From an uncultured Alphaproteobacteria bacterium (GTDB taxonomy: Bacteria; Pseudomonadota; Alphaproteobacteria; RF32; CAG-239): 59,489 nucleotides of DNA. The position numbers and the translations under genes were made by a program. A model generated the notes under the pieces. That model was not told where the DNA came from. It ran no database searches and saw nothing but the letters and a program-made list of their open reading frames with translations. Of this stretch, positions 50,895-59,489 are shown one piece after another. The stretch's first letter is position 1; each line of letters starts with the position of its first letter. The stretch is from the NCBI GenBank assembly GCA_944391435.1, contig CALXTP010000084.1, positions 1 through 59,489 of the forward strand. Direction: 5' to 3'.

Positions 50895-52112
50895 ATGAAA
50901 AAATATCTGTATTTATTGTCAGTATCGCTGATTGCCGCAGCGGCCGGGCGGGCGGAAGCCATAACGGCGGCGCAGCAGCTGCGTGAAACCAAAGCCATAT
51001 TTGTGGCCGACTTTCATAAAATGGATGATGACAAAGACGGCAAGTTGTCGTTGGATGAATATTTGAGCCACCAGTTTGAAAATTTTCGCGCCACGATAAT
51101 AGACGCGGTGGATTTTGATACGCCGTCGCCGCGCTCCAAAGAGGCATCTGCCGGCAAAGGTAAGCCGTCCGCTCCCGAAACGCCGGCCGTTGAAGAAGGT
51201 GAGTCAGCAAAAGAAAGCGCTGATGAATTAAAATCCCTAAGCGATGTCAACAACACTTTGCAGGAAATGGCGGATTTTGAGCTGGAGGAAGAAGAGGACT
51301 TGCCTCCTCTTGAAGATTTGTCTTTGGATGGCTTCGGCGAACCGGAACCGCTAAACAGCGAAGATGTCCTGCCTGAAAAGGGCATCTTGTCCGGCGATTT
51401 GGCAAAAGAAGCCCTGGCGCCGTCTTCAGCCGAGCCGGAAACGGCAGAAAGCAATCCTGAAACGGGCACCGATGATGATATGGCAGGCCTTGCGGAATTA
51501 AAACTGGACGCGGATGTCTTGCCTTTGGCAGCGGAAAGTATTGATGAACCTGCCGCAGAGGGTAAGCCGGCACCGGCGAAAGAAAGCACGGCGGATGATG
51601 CCTTTTCGGCTCTGGATTTATCCGTTTCCGAAGAAGAGAATTTTCAAAAAATGATGGCGGAAATCAATATGACGCCGGAAGAAAAAGCTGCCCGCGAGCA
51701 GGCCGCAAAAGAAGCTGAGGCAGCAAAGGCTGCGGCTGAAAAGCCTGCCGCCCGCACGCCGGAAGAAAAAGCCGCCCGCGAAAAGCAGATAACGTTTATG
51801 TTGGATGCAATTAAGCGGACGCTGCCCAAGACGATTGACGAAATCACCACCTGGACGGACATAGAATATAAGGATAACATCATTTCCTACGTCTACAAAG
51901 CGGGCGTTGATACCGCGAATTTCTCCGCCAAGGAAAAAACGTCTTTGCAAAACAGCATTAAGAACGAAGCCTGTGCCAAAGCGCGTCTGGAAATGTGTCC
52001 GAAAATCAAGCCGATGTTCATTGACGAGGGCGTCAATATGCGGATACGCTATATTGACAGCCGCGGCACCGAGTTGAGTACATGCGAATTTAATCAGGAA
52101 ACCTGCCAATAA
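50895..52112 (+). CDS. Secreted EF-hand protein with an acidic linker and a C-terminal Cys-containing domain
   Basis: Signal peptide (…AEA), EF loop DDDKDGKLSLDE, TPEEKAARE twice, and LPKTIDEIT…C…C domain. Confidence 0.7.
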   Translation: MKKYLYLLSVSLIAAAAGRAEAITAAQQLRETKAIFVADFHKMDDDKDGKLSLDEYLSHQFENFRATIIDAVDFDTPSPRSKEASAGKGKPSAPETPAVEEGESAKESADELKSLSDVNNTLQEMADFELEEEEDLPPLEDLSLDGFGEPEPLNSEDVLPEKGILSGDLAKEALAPSSAEPETAESNPETGTDDDMAGLAELKLDADVLPLAAESIDEPAAEGKPAPAKESTADDAFSALDLSVSEEENFQKMMAEINMTPEEKAAREQAAKEAEAAKAAAEKPAARTPEEKAAREKQITFMLDAIKRTLPKTIDEITTWTDIEYKDNIISYVYKAGVDTANFSAKEKTSLQNSIKNEACAKARLEMCPKIKPMFIDEGVNMRIRYIDSRGTELSTCEFNQETCQ

Positions 52113-52139
52113 CGGCAAACTTTTTAGAGAGGAACCATT

Positions 52140-53003
52140 ATGAAAAAAGCGAATTTATTGTCGGCAACGTCTTTGGCTGTCATGCTGGCTTTTGGCGCCA
52201 ACACCGCGGCCGCCGCGGAAAAATATAATAACGTTTCGGAAGAAGAGCTGGCGCGTGCCGTTGTCAACGTGTTAAAAAAAGACCCGAAAATTGCTTATGA
52301 CGCTTTGGTAAAATATAACAAAGACGCCAAATCAAAACAGGCGCAGAGCGAAAAAGAGCTGTCGGGGCTGGAAAAAAGAGTTGCGGAAATCCTGATGGAC
52401 AATCCGCCGATTATCGTTGGTGCGTTGCAGATTTACCAGCAGCAGGAAGAGCAGAAAAAGCTGCTTGCCGAAGCTGAAAATTACAAAAAATACGCCAAAG
52501 AAATCAATCGTGCCGAACTGTTTGCCGGCAACCCGGACGGCAAATACACGCTGGTGGAGTTCTTTGACTTTTCTTGCGGATATTGCCGCCAGATGGCGCC
52601 GCGCATCGCCAACATCATCAAAAAAAATCCGGACGTCAAAGTCGTGTTCAAGCCGGTGTCTTTCCTGTCGCCTAATTCCGAATTGGCGGCCAAGGCTGCG
52701 GTTGCCGCGCATAACCAGGGCAAGTTTTTGGAAATGTATTCCGGCCTGATGGCGGAACGCGTCGTAAACGAGCCGGTTATTGACAAGCTGGCGCGCAACC
52801 TGAAGCTGGATATGGATAAGTTCAAAAAGGACTATGCTTCTGACGAAACCAAAAACATCTTAAAGAGCATAAAAGAAACCGCGGATAAAATCAAGATGAA
52901 GAGCGTGCCGACCCTGGTGCTGAACGGTATGCCCCTGTATGCGGTAGAAGAAATCCAGCTGCAGCGCGCGATAGACGTTCTGCGCGAAGCTTCGGGCGAA
53001 TAA
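52140..53003 (+). CDS. Periplasmic DsbA/ScsC-family thiol-disulfide oxidoreductase
   Basis: Signal peptide, VEFFDFSCGYC and SVPT cis-Pro loop. Confidence 0.88.
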   Translation: MKKANLLSATSLAVMLAFGANTAAAAEKYNNVSEEELARAVVNVLKKDPKIAYDALVKYNKDAKSKQAQSEKELSGLEKRVAEILMDNPPIIVGALQIYQQQEEQKKLLAEAENYKKYAKEINRAELFAGNPDGKYTLVEFFDFSCGYCRQMAPRIANIIKKNPDVKVVFKPVSFLSPNSELAAKAAVAAHNQGKFLEMYSGLMAERVVNEPVIDKLARNLKLDMDKFKKDYASDETKNILKSIKETADKIKMKSVPTLVLNGMPLYAVEEIQLQRAIDVLREASGE

Positions 53004-53054
53004 CTCAGGTGCGGACGTTAGCCCGCAGCTGGTAAAAGGCCGAAAAGGAAAAAG

Positions 53055-53154
53055 AAATCCCGTCCGAAAGGGCGGGATTTGCTGTTGAGGAAAGACAAAT
53101 ACAAAGCTGTCCGGGCATAAAAAAGGTTCTCTGTGCGTATGCACAGGGAACCTT
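53055..53154. terminator. Two terminator hairpins between the convergent DsbA and SPFH genes
   Basis: AAATCCCGTCC-GAAA-GGGCGGGATTT and AAGGTTCTCTGTGC..GCACAGGGAACCTT. Confidence 0.75.
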
Positions 53155-53175
53155 CGTGATGTTAACCAACGTTGA

Positions 53176-54108
53176 TTACTTTCCGACAAGGCCGTCAAGA
53201 GAATCAAGGTTGATCATAGGTGTTGCCCCTCCCACAACTTTGGGGTAATTCTCCGCCAGCTTATTCTTGATAAGCTCCGGATTTTCCTTGAGGGCTTCAC
53301 CCGTTTTCTTCATACCCTCGGCCTCGGCTTCCTTCACCGTCTTGATGTAGGTAGCGTCGGCAGCAGCCTGGATTTCCTTAACCTTAGCCTCGGCCTGGGC
53401 GTCAATCTCCTTACGCTTTTTCTGCTCTTCGGAGATTTTCGTTTCCATTTCAGCCTCGGATAATCTTGATACGCCATCCTCATAGTTCTTGTCAAACTTC
53501 ACTTCGGTGATGTTTAACACGACATCTTTGAAAAGGGAATGGTCATATCTTGGTTCAAAGTTATCCGTAACCTCCTTGGACAGCTCGGCCAATTTGCCGT
53601 TGATGTCCTCGTAAGTTTTGCTGGCAACGACCTCATTGAAAGAGGCATCCAGCTGCGGACATAACGCCTTGTCAATGTAGCCGTTTTCACCGATAGTAGC
53701 ATGCAGAACATGCACATTATCGGCAACCAGATACCACGTTAAAACATATTTTAACGAGATATCGCGTCTTTCCTTATTCTTCATAAGGTTGACGTGTTCA
53801 TGGGTCTGCCGGGTGATATCCACCTCAGTCATAGAACTGATGAAAGGAATCATCCAGCCAAATCCGGCTTGGAAGCTCTTGTTGGCCATGTTTCCGAGCA
53901 CGATTTTGTAACCTGCATGTCCTGGCATGATAACATACATACCGTTAATAAAGATTACAAAAGACAACAGAAACAAAGCCACCAGCCAAAACCCCCAACC
54001 GAGGAAAATGGCTGCCGGAATGCACAACACCGTTGCAATCAGCAAAGGCATAGTGAGTTTTCCGCGAACCGAAAGTATCATGCTTGTAAAATCTCTGGTT
54101 TGTGCCAT
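53176..54108 (-). CDS. SPFH/band-7 (prohibitin-like) membrane protein
   Basis: Two N-terminal TMs, PGHAG..GFGWMIPF band-7 start, and an AEA-rich coiled coil. Confidence 0.85.
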   Translation of the reverse strand: MAQTRDFTSMILSVRGKLTMPLLIATVLCIPAAIFLGWGFWLVALFLLSFVIFINGMYVIMPGHAGYKIVLGNMANKSFQAGFGWMIPFISSMTEVDITRQTHEHVNLMKNKERRDISLKYVLTWYLVADNVHVLHATIGENGYIDKALCPQLDASFNEVVASKTYEDINGKLAELSKEVTDNFEPRYDHSLFKDVVLNITEVKFDKNYEDGVSRLSEAEMETKISEEQKKRKEIDAQAEAKVKEIQAAADATYIKTVKEAEAEGMKKTGEALKENPELIKNKLAENYPKVVGGATPMINLDSLDGLVGK

Positions 54109-54392
54109 AATTTTACATTTTTTAAGAAACAAAGCGCTTATTATGGTTTCAAAACTTATTTTAACTCATCCGTCCGGGTCATCTCTCCGCGTAGGAGCAT
54201 CAGCACACAAGCGACGTGCCTTCTAAACCAAAACCAAACAAGTGAATTTGCAAAAAACGCCAAAAATCCGTTGCCGAACCCTTGCCAATCCCTGAAATCC
54301 TAAATCTCTCCGCCTTAACAGCTTTCTCTGTTTATATTTAACATAAATAATTTTCTAAAATAATCAACCACACTAATATTCATCACGCCTTT

Positions 54393-54421
54393 AATATACC
54401 ACATTTTTGCCCTCAAGTCAA
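54393..54421 (-). promoter_or_regulatory. Sigma70-type promoter TTGACT-N17-TATATT
   Basis: Minus strand reads ttgact tgagggcaaaaatgtgg tatatt, about 285 nt upstream of the SPFH start. Confidence 0.55.
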
Positions 54422-54472
54422 CGGCTTTATTGTCGCCGCCGGAGGCTTCCCTCAAATAAACACCCCGTGTTT

Positions 54473-55621
54473 TTATCCCAGATGGACGATATCTTTGCCG
54501 AATTTTGCTTCCAGCTCGTCCAAAACCTTGCCGAGCCGGTCATCGCTTTTTTGTGCCGTTTGGAACAAATCCTGTTGTTCGTCGGAATGATACACCAGCC
54601 CCATGAGCGTAATGCCGGTGCTGCGCCAGGTAATTGCCGGCGTAAACAATGCCGCCATCAGCCGCATCGCCGCCGGCATGATTTCCGTTTCTTCGCTGCT
54701 GGGGCAGGGAAGCTTTTCCTTAAGCGTTACCACCTTAAAATCTTTAGTGCGCAGCATAACCTCAATAGCCGTCGCTTTGGCGCCTTCGCGCCGGGCCTTG
54801 CGGCAGGCGGCGTGGATATGCCGCCGCAAATCGGCTCTGAGCACTTCAATATCGCGGCTGAATTCTTTAAGCGCCGAAGTCTGCTGGATGGAAAGAGGCG
54901 CCTTTCCCACCGGCGTAACTTTAAACAGGGAAATGCCGGAAAGTTCGTTTTTCAAATCCGTCCCGTGCGTGCCGAATTGCGATTTAATCCAATAGTCCGG
55001 CCGCATCACAAAATCCAGCGCCGTAAAAATACATTCCTCGCGCATTTTAAGCAGCAGCTTTTTGCCCACGCCGGAAACGTCGTTGATAAGCGTCTGTGCC
55101 AGGATTTTTCGCCTTTCCGCCGACCCGATGGCAAATACGCCGCCGGCGTTTTTGGCCTTGTCGCTGGCGAGTTTGGCGAGCGTTTTGGTGGTAGAAAGCC
55201 CGATGGAAACCGGAATGTGCAGCTTTTCCCAAGCGGCGCGGCGTATCATTTGCGCGGTTTTGATATAGTTCTGCTTATAGAGCAGCTTGGTGCCGGTCAA
55301 ATCCAGAAACGCCTCGTCCACCGAACACACTTCCACGTCCGGCGTAAAAGATTGAAACAGGTTCATCACTTTTTGCGACGTGGCATGATAAAGGTCGTGG
55401 TTGGCACGGACATACAAAATTTCCGGCAGCCGCTGCCTGGCCATAAAATACGGCTCCCCCATTTTAAGCCCGAGCGCTTTGGCTTCTTTTGAGCGCGAAA
55501 CGACGCAGCCGTCATTGTTGGATAGCACCGCCACCGGACGGTTTTCCAACTTCGGGTTAAATGCCCGCTCCGCCGAAACAAAAAAACAGTCGCAATCAGC
55601 CAGTGCAATATAATGTTTCAT
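54473..55621 (-). CDS. Y-family DNA polymerase (UmuC/DinB family)
   Basis: [34 protein letters not shown] and KTLAKLAS. Confidence 0.93.
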   Translation of the reverse strand: MKHYIALADCDCFFVSAERAFNPKLENRPVAVLSNNDGCVVSRSKEAKALGLKMGEPYFMARQRLPEILYVRANHDLYHATSQKVMNLFQSFTPDVEVCSVDEAFLDLTGTKLLYKQNYIKTAQMIRRAAWEKLHIPVSIGLSTTKTLAKLASDKAKNAGGVFAIGSAERRKILAQTLINDVSGVGKKLLLKMREECIFTALDFVMRPDYWIKSQFGTHGTDLKNELSGISLFKVTPVGKAPLSIQQTSALKEFSRDIEVLRADLRRHIHAACRKARREGAKATAIEVMLRTKDFKVVTLKEKLPCPSSEETEIMPAAMRLMAALFTPAITWRSTGITLMGLVYHSDEQQDLFQTAQKSDDRLGKVLDELEAKFGKDIVHLG

Positions 55622-55645
55622 TATTCCCCCGTTAGGTTTTGGTTT

Positions 55646-55696
55646 AATTTAACCGGCGACAAAGCGGGAGTCAAGAATTTTGTTCTTAATATGTTC
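55646..55696 (-). promoter_or_regulatory. Y-polymerase promoter (TTGACT-N17-TAAATT) with an adjacent SOS box
   Basis: GTTC TTAATAT GTTC at 55682-55696 (GAAC-N7-GAAC on the coding strand), just upstream of the -35 at 55669-55674. Confidence 0.85.
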
Positions 55697-55707
55697 TTAT
55701 TTGTGCA

Positions 55708-55815
55708 TAAAAAAATCCCGGCGGAAATACCCGGGAAAAATAGCGCTTAAAACAAAAAAATGCCCTGCGCCGGACTGTCCGTTTTTAGGGACGTCCGGGC
55801 GGGGCATAAAAAAAT
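55708..55815 (-). terminator. Two hairpins terminating the 55826..56695 ORF
   Basis: Long ATGCCC..GGGCAT hairpin flanked by A/T runs, plus a TCCCGG..CCGGGA hairpin. Confidence 0.6.
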
Positions 55816-55825
55816 AATCGGAAGC

Positions 55826-56695
55826 TTAGCTTTTAAGCGTGCTCAGTCTGAGACAGCCGTCTGCGCCGATATCATAAAGCTTGGCCTTGCCGTCTTTTAA
55901 CAGCCCGGCCTTTCCGGATACGGCCAGATAAACGGCTGGCAAGCCGTTGCGGGCTTCCGCGCATTTCAAAAGTTTCAGGCCGTCGCTATCCTGGCAGAGG
56001 ATAAAACTGCCGTTCAGAAAAGCGGCGTTTTTGGCATCCAGCTCAGGTATCCCGGAAGGGAAAAGCTCCCGGTACGTCGCGGCGTACTGGTCAAAAACGA
56101 ATTGCGGGTAGGCATCAAAAGTAACCGTTTCCAACGTATGAAATTCCGTTCCGTGGATAAAAGTCAGCGGGTTGCAGCCTGGTGCCGCCCGTTCGGTAAA
56201 GGCATAGTCGCTGATTTTTCGCCCCAGCAGATGGCCGGTTTCATAGCCGTCACGGATAACAAGCCATTCCGCCGGCTGCGGTTTTATCAGCAAAATGCCC
56301 TGCCTGTACAGCTTGTCGTCAAAGCCGAAAATAACCTGTCCCGGCCACAAAACCTCCGCCGTGCCGCCGGCAGGTTCTTCAATAATGCGGATAAATGAAA
56401 TTTTGCGCCGCATATCTTTTCTTTTCCGCCTTTTAAAATCGTTTTTGAAGATTTCTATCAAAAGCTTTTTATCGTTAAGCTGCATAAGGTAGATTTGATC
56501 CGGCGTTACCATATCAAACAGGAGCATGAAAAGCCAAAAGGCAGCCAAAACGCCTGCACTGAGATAAGCGCCCGCCAAAAACAAAACAATCGCACCCGCC
56601 GCCATAGCCAGAACGATATAACGGCTTAAAATGCACAACCAGCGTTGAGGCAGCAACAATGCCTTAAAACACGTTTTTTTTCTAAAAGTATTCAT
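55826..56695 (-). CDS. Hypothetical membrane-anchored protein (ORFan, 289 aa)
   Basis: Two N-terminal TM segments and a soluble C-terminal part; no motif recognised. Confidence 0.7.
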   Translation of the reverse strand: MNTFRKKTCFKALLLPQRWLCILSRYIVLAMAAGAIVLFLAGAYLSAGVLAAFWLFMLLFDMVTPDQIYLMQLNDKKLLIEIFKNDFKRRKRKDMRRKISFIRIIEEPAGGTAEVLWPGQVIFGFDDKLYRQGILLIKPQPAEWLVIRDGYETGHLLGRKISDYAFTERAAPGCNPLTFIHGTEFHTLETVTFDAYPQFVFDQYAATYRELFPSGIPELDAKNAAFLNGSFILCQDSDGLKLLKCAEARNGLPAVYLAVSGKAGLLKDGKAKLYDIGADGCLRLSTLKS

Positions 56696-56838
56696 ACAAA
56701 AAAAGAATTAAGTGAAACAATAATAAATTTAAGTGTCCTCACTATAAAGAATAAATGAGGAAAAAGCAAGCAATTTTCTTGCAGCTGCTGTCAAAAGCTG
56801 CCATAATCGCGGCATCAAAAAAAAAGAAAGGGAAAAAG

Positions 56839-57351
56839 ATGCAGCGGATGGCTGAATTTGAAAAGGTGGGGCTGGCTCGTTTTTCCGCCGATTGGCAAAG
56901 CGTTTTTCCGTCGGCGCGGGAAGAGGAAATCAAAAGCCTTTATGAAAATATAAAATTGCCGGCCCGGGCAACTTCCGGTTCGGCGGGGTATGATTTTTTT
57001 ACGCCGGTGGATATATATTTAAGGCCAGGGGAAACTTTTTTGCTGCCGACCGGCATCCGGGTCAAAATAGATGAGGGCTGGTTTTTGGGCATTATGCCAA
57101 AGTCCGGGCTCGGTTTTAAGTACCGCCTGCAAATGGACAACACCATCGGCATTATAGACAGCGACTATTATTATTCGGATAACGAAGGGCATATATTCGT
57201 CAAGATGACCAATGGCGGCACCGGCGGCCGGGCAGTTGAGCTAAAAGCCGGGGCCGCGGTATGCCAGGGCATCTTTCTGCCATACGGCATAACGTTTGCG
57301 GATAACGCAACGGCTCGTCGCAACGGCGGTTTGGGGTCTACGTCAAAATAA
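56839..57351 (+). CDS. dut: Trimeric dUTPase
   Basis: SAGYDF, GIIDSDY, CQGIF and RNGGLGST; motif 2 reads KSG rather than RSG. Confidence 0.9.
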   Translation: MQRMAEFEKVGLARFSADWQSVFPSAREEEIKSLYENIKLPARATSGSAGYDFFTPVDIYLRPGETFLLPTGIRVKIDEGWFLGIMPKSGLGFKYRLQMDNTIGIIDSDYYYSDNEGHIFVKMTNGGTGGRAVELKAGAAVCQGIFLPYGITFADNATARRNGGLGSTSK

Positions 57352-57374
57352 AAGAACTTGAAGGAGAAAAAGAG

Positions 57375-58370
57375 ATGAAAAGGATAGGAGTCGTCGGAAC
57401 CGGAATTTGGGGAACGGGGCTGGCGGTAACCGCGGCTCGCGCCGGCAATGACGTATTGTGTTGGGCGCGCGAACCCGAAGTTGTGGACGGCATAAACCAA
57501 AAACACGTCAACCGGATGTATATGCCTGATGTACCCTTGCCGGATACCATCAGGGCAACCGGAAACATCGCGGATATATTTGAGTTTGCGGAAGTGGTGC
57601 TGCTGACGGCATCGGCGCAGTGGACGCGTGCGACTCTGGAACTGATGAAGCCGCATGTCCGCCCGGAAACGATAATTGTCCTTTGCGCCAAGGGCATTGA
57701 AGTCAAAACCGGAAAAATGCTGTCGGAAGTCGCTTTGGAAGAAATCCCGTCGGCGCGCCTGGCCGTTTTGTCCGGTCCCGGTTTTGCCGTAGATGTGGCA
57801 CAAAACAAGCTGACGTCCGTAACCATCGCCTCGGCAGAAGAGGGCGTGGCGGCGCGTCTGGCCGATATGCTCGGCACGCCGTATTTCCGCCCGTATCTGA
57901 GCACGGATATTATTTCGCCGCAAGTGGGCGGCAGCGTCAAAAATGTTATTGCGATTGCTTCCGGCGTGATAGAGGGGGCAGATCTTGGCATTGGCGCCCG
58001 TGCGGCTCTGATTACGCGCGGTTTTGCCGAAATGGCGCGTTTGTCGGAGGCTCTTGGCGGCAACCCGCGCACCATGATGGGCATGAGCGGCATCGGCGAT
58101 TTGGTCCTGACCTCATGCAGCGCCCAATCGCGCAATTTCAGTTTCGGTTATGAAATAGGCGTCAACGGCCATGCCGCCAAACTGATAGAAGAAAACACCC
58201 GCACCGTGGAAGGGCTGTATACGGCTCGTGCCGTCTTAAAAAGGGCGCATGAATTGGGGATAGAAATGCCGATTTGCGAAATGGTCAACCGGGTGCTGTT
58301 TGAAGGCATCTCCATCAGGGAAGCCATGCAGGAACTGATGTCCCGCCCGTATAAAGAAGAGGGGATTTAA
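57375..58370 (+). CDS. gpsA: NAD(P)H-dependent glycerol-3-phosphate dehydrogenase
   Basis: GTGIWG, KGIE, LSGPGFA, KNVIAIASG and GDLVLTSCSAQSRN. Confidence 0.96.
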   Translation: MKRIGVVGTGIWGTGLAVTAARAGNDVLCWAREPEVVDGINQKHVNRMYMPDVPLPDTIRATGNIADIFEFAEVVLLTASAQWTRATLELMKPHVRPETIIVLCAKGIEVKTGKMLSEVALEEIPSARLAVLSGPGFAVDVAQNKLTSVTIASAEEGVAARLADMLGTPYFRPYLSTDIISPQVGGSVKNVIAIASGVIEGADLGIGARAALITRGFAEMARLSEALGGNPRTMMGMSGIGDLVLTSCSAQSRNFSFGYEIGVNGHAAKLIEENTRTVEGLYTARAVLKRAHELGIEMPICEMVNRVLFEGISIREAMQELMSRPYKEEGI

Positions 58371-58390
58371 ACCCCGGAAAGAGGAAAACA

Positions 58391-58427
58391 AAAAAGGCAG
58401 AGAAAGAAAAACTTTCCCTGCCTTTTA
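58391..58427. terminator. Bidirectional terminator
   Basis: AAAAAAGGCAGAGAAAG..CTTTCCCTGCCTTTT. Confidence 0.75.
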
Positions 58428-58451
58428 ATCGGGCTGTTGCCGCAGCAAAGC

Positions 58452-59435
58452 CTAGTGCCGCGGATGAAAAGCAATACATTTGCCTTGCTTTTTGCCGGTG
58501 TCAGCCTCTTGGGCATTTGCCGCCGGTTTTTCTTCAGCTGTTTCCGTTCGGAATGAAATATTTTTTCCGCCGGAAGGAGATGTTGCTTTTTCGCTGCTTT
58601 TTTCTGACGGAAAAGACAAGCTTTGTGCAACCGTTCCGTCTGCCGTTTTCCGATGACGGGAAGGGTAGAGCGTTGCATTGTTCCGCTTGATGGCGGCAAA
58701 TTTTTGCCGTGCGTCAATCCGCACGCCTTCCATTTTTTGGAATATGGCGTCATCACTGTCTTTGTCATAGGCGAGCTTATACATATGCCCGTCAATTTGC
58801 ACCGTTTCGCCCAGTTCAATCGGATAAGATAAAATATCTTCATCTTTGTACTGGGTCAGTTTGCGAGCCTCGTCATGGCAAATAGGATACCAAAAGAAAT
58901 TCTCTTCCTGTTCATCATAAATTTCCCAGCATGCGCCGATAAATTTATGTCTGGACCGTGAATAAAGCTCCACCGGGCAGACCGAGTCGCAGGAGTGGTC
59001 ATTTTCAAGCAGATAGACATTTTCCATATCTTTGCAGCTTATAATCATTCTGACGGCGCGAATGATAAAATGCCCCTTTGACGTAATATCCGCAGCATAA
59101 AGTTCATTTCCCCACAAAAAGTAAGTTTCTTTGTCAATAATTTGGAACTGATAAATAAATTCATCGCCGAGGCTGCCCCGGTCATCCATACGGAACACCG
59201 GTACAAAATCAAAAAATGTCGGCACCGAATCTTCCAAAACGACATATAGCCACAGCGGCAAAGCGCCGGTTTCAAGATTGCTGGCTTTGGCAAAAACAAA
59301 AAGCAAAATCCCGTCGGGATGTTCTTCATGAAAGCCTTTAAAGTAATCCATGGCCGCCAAAGAATTATCAAGAAAAAACTCTTCTCCGGGTGCGTCATAC
59401 TGTTCGGGAGAAAAAACAAAACCGAAATCTTCCAT
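58452..59435 (-). CDS. Hypothetical protein (ORFan, 327 aa; acidic aromatic N-terminal domain, disordered basic C-terminal tail)
   Basis: Long ORF convergent on gpsA, with an AT-rich leader. Confidence 0.7.
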   Translation of the reverse strand: MEDFGFVFSPEQYDAPGEEFFLDNSLAAMDYFKGFHEEHPDGILLFVFAKASNLETGALPLWLYVVLEDSVPTFFDFVPVFRMDDRGSLGDEFIYQFQIIDKETYFLWGNELYAADITSKGHFIIRAVRMIISCKDMENVYLLENDHSCDSVCPVELYSRSRHKFIGACWEIYDEQEENFFWYPICHDEARKLTQYKDEDILSYPIELGETVQIDGHMYKLAYDKDSDDAIFQKMEGVRIDARQKFAAIKRNNATLYPSRHRKTADGTVAQSLSFPSEKSSEKATSPSGGKNISFRTETAEEKPAANAQEADTGKKQGKCIAFHPRH

Positions 59436-59489
59436 ATCTGAATAATTTTAGTGAAACATAATCGTATTTAACACGCCTACAGGATACAG

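Noticed and set aside
54135-54215. Hammerhead or pistol ribozyme upstream of SPFH (minus strand CGGATGAG..GAAAC; TTAAAATAAG..TAAGCG)
   Set aside because: The core is CGGAUGA rather than CUGAUGA, and the required stems and pseudoknot could not be formed.
54181-54315. Tandem glycine riboswitch (GGAGAGA twice, TTTCAGG)
   Set aside because: It lacks the conserved CCGAAG elements, and the downstream gene is unrelated to glycine.

Overview
59.5 kb of chromosomal backbone from an alphaproteobacterium. The assignment rests on ChpT, an F1-only atpHAGDC operon next to priA, and GAAC-N7-GAAC SOS boxes. HydG, reverse rubrerythrin, an Fe-dependent alcohol dehydrogenase and acetate kinase point to an anaerobe, and a gut RF32/Rhodospirillales-like lineage is my inference. 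I found no rRNA, tRNA, CRISPR array, integrase or transposase. Most genes are housekeeping (rpsD, lolC/E-lolD, an mla/pqi ABC operon, atp, priA, trmFO, proS, lexA, mtnN, ackA, dut, gpsA), with several scattered glycosyltransferases. The features that stand out are: (i) seven solitary genes (six ORFans plus an SPFH gene) with AT-rich leaders lacking a Shine-Dalgarno (SD) site, most with their own promoter and terminator, three sharing TGTTTC(ACT) about 15-24 nt before the start codon; (ii) an intergenic 22-bp x 7.5 tandem array; (iii) a PfkB kinase with reciprocal N>D and D>N changes in its two signature motifs; (iv) a degenerate HpnC/HpnD-like pair; (v) perfect CtrA boxes upstream of unexpected genes; (vi) a repeat and inverted-repeat structure in the atpA-atpG spacer; (vii) apparent strong TCGA depletion. 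All calls were made by eye, with no database searches.
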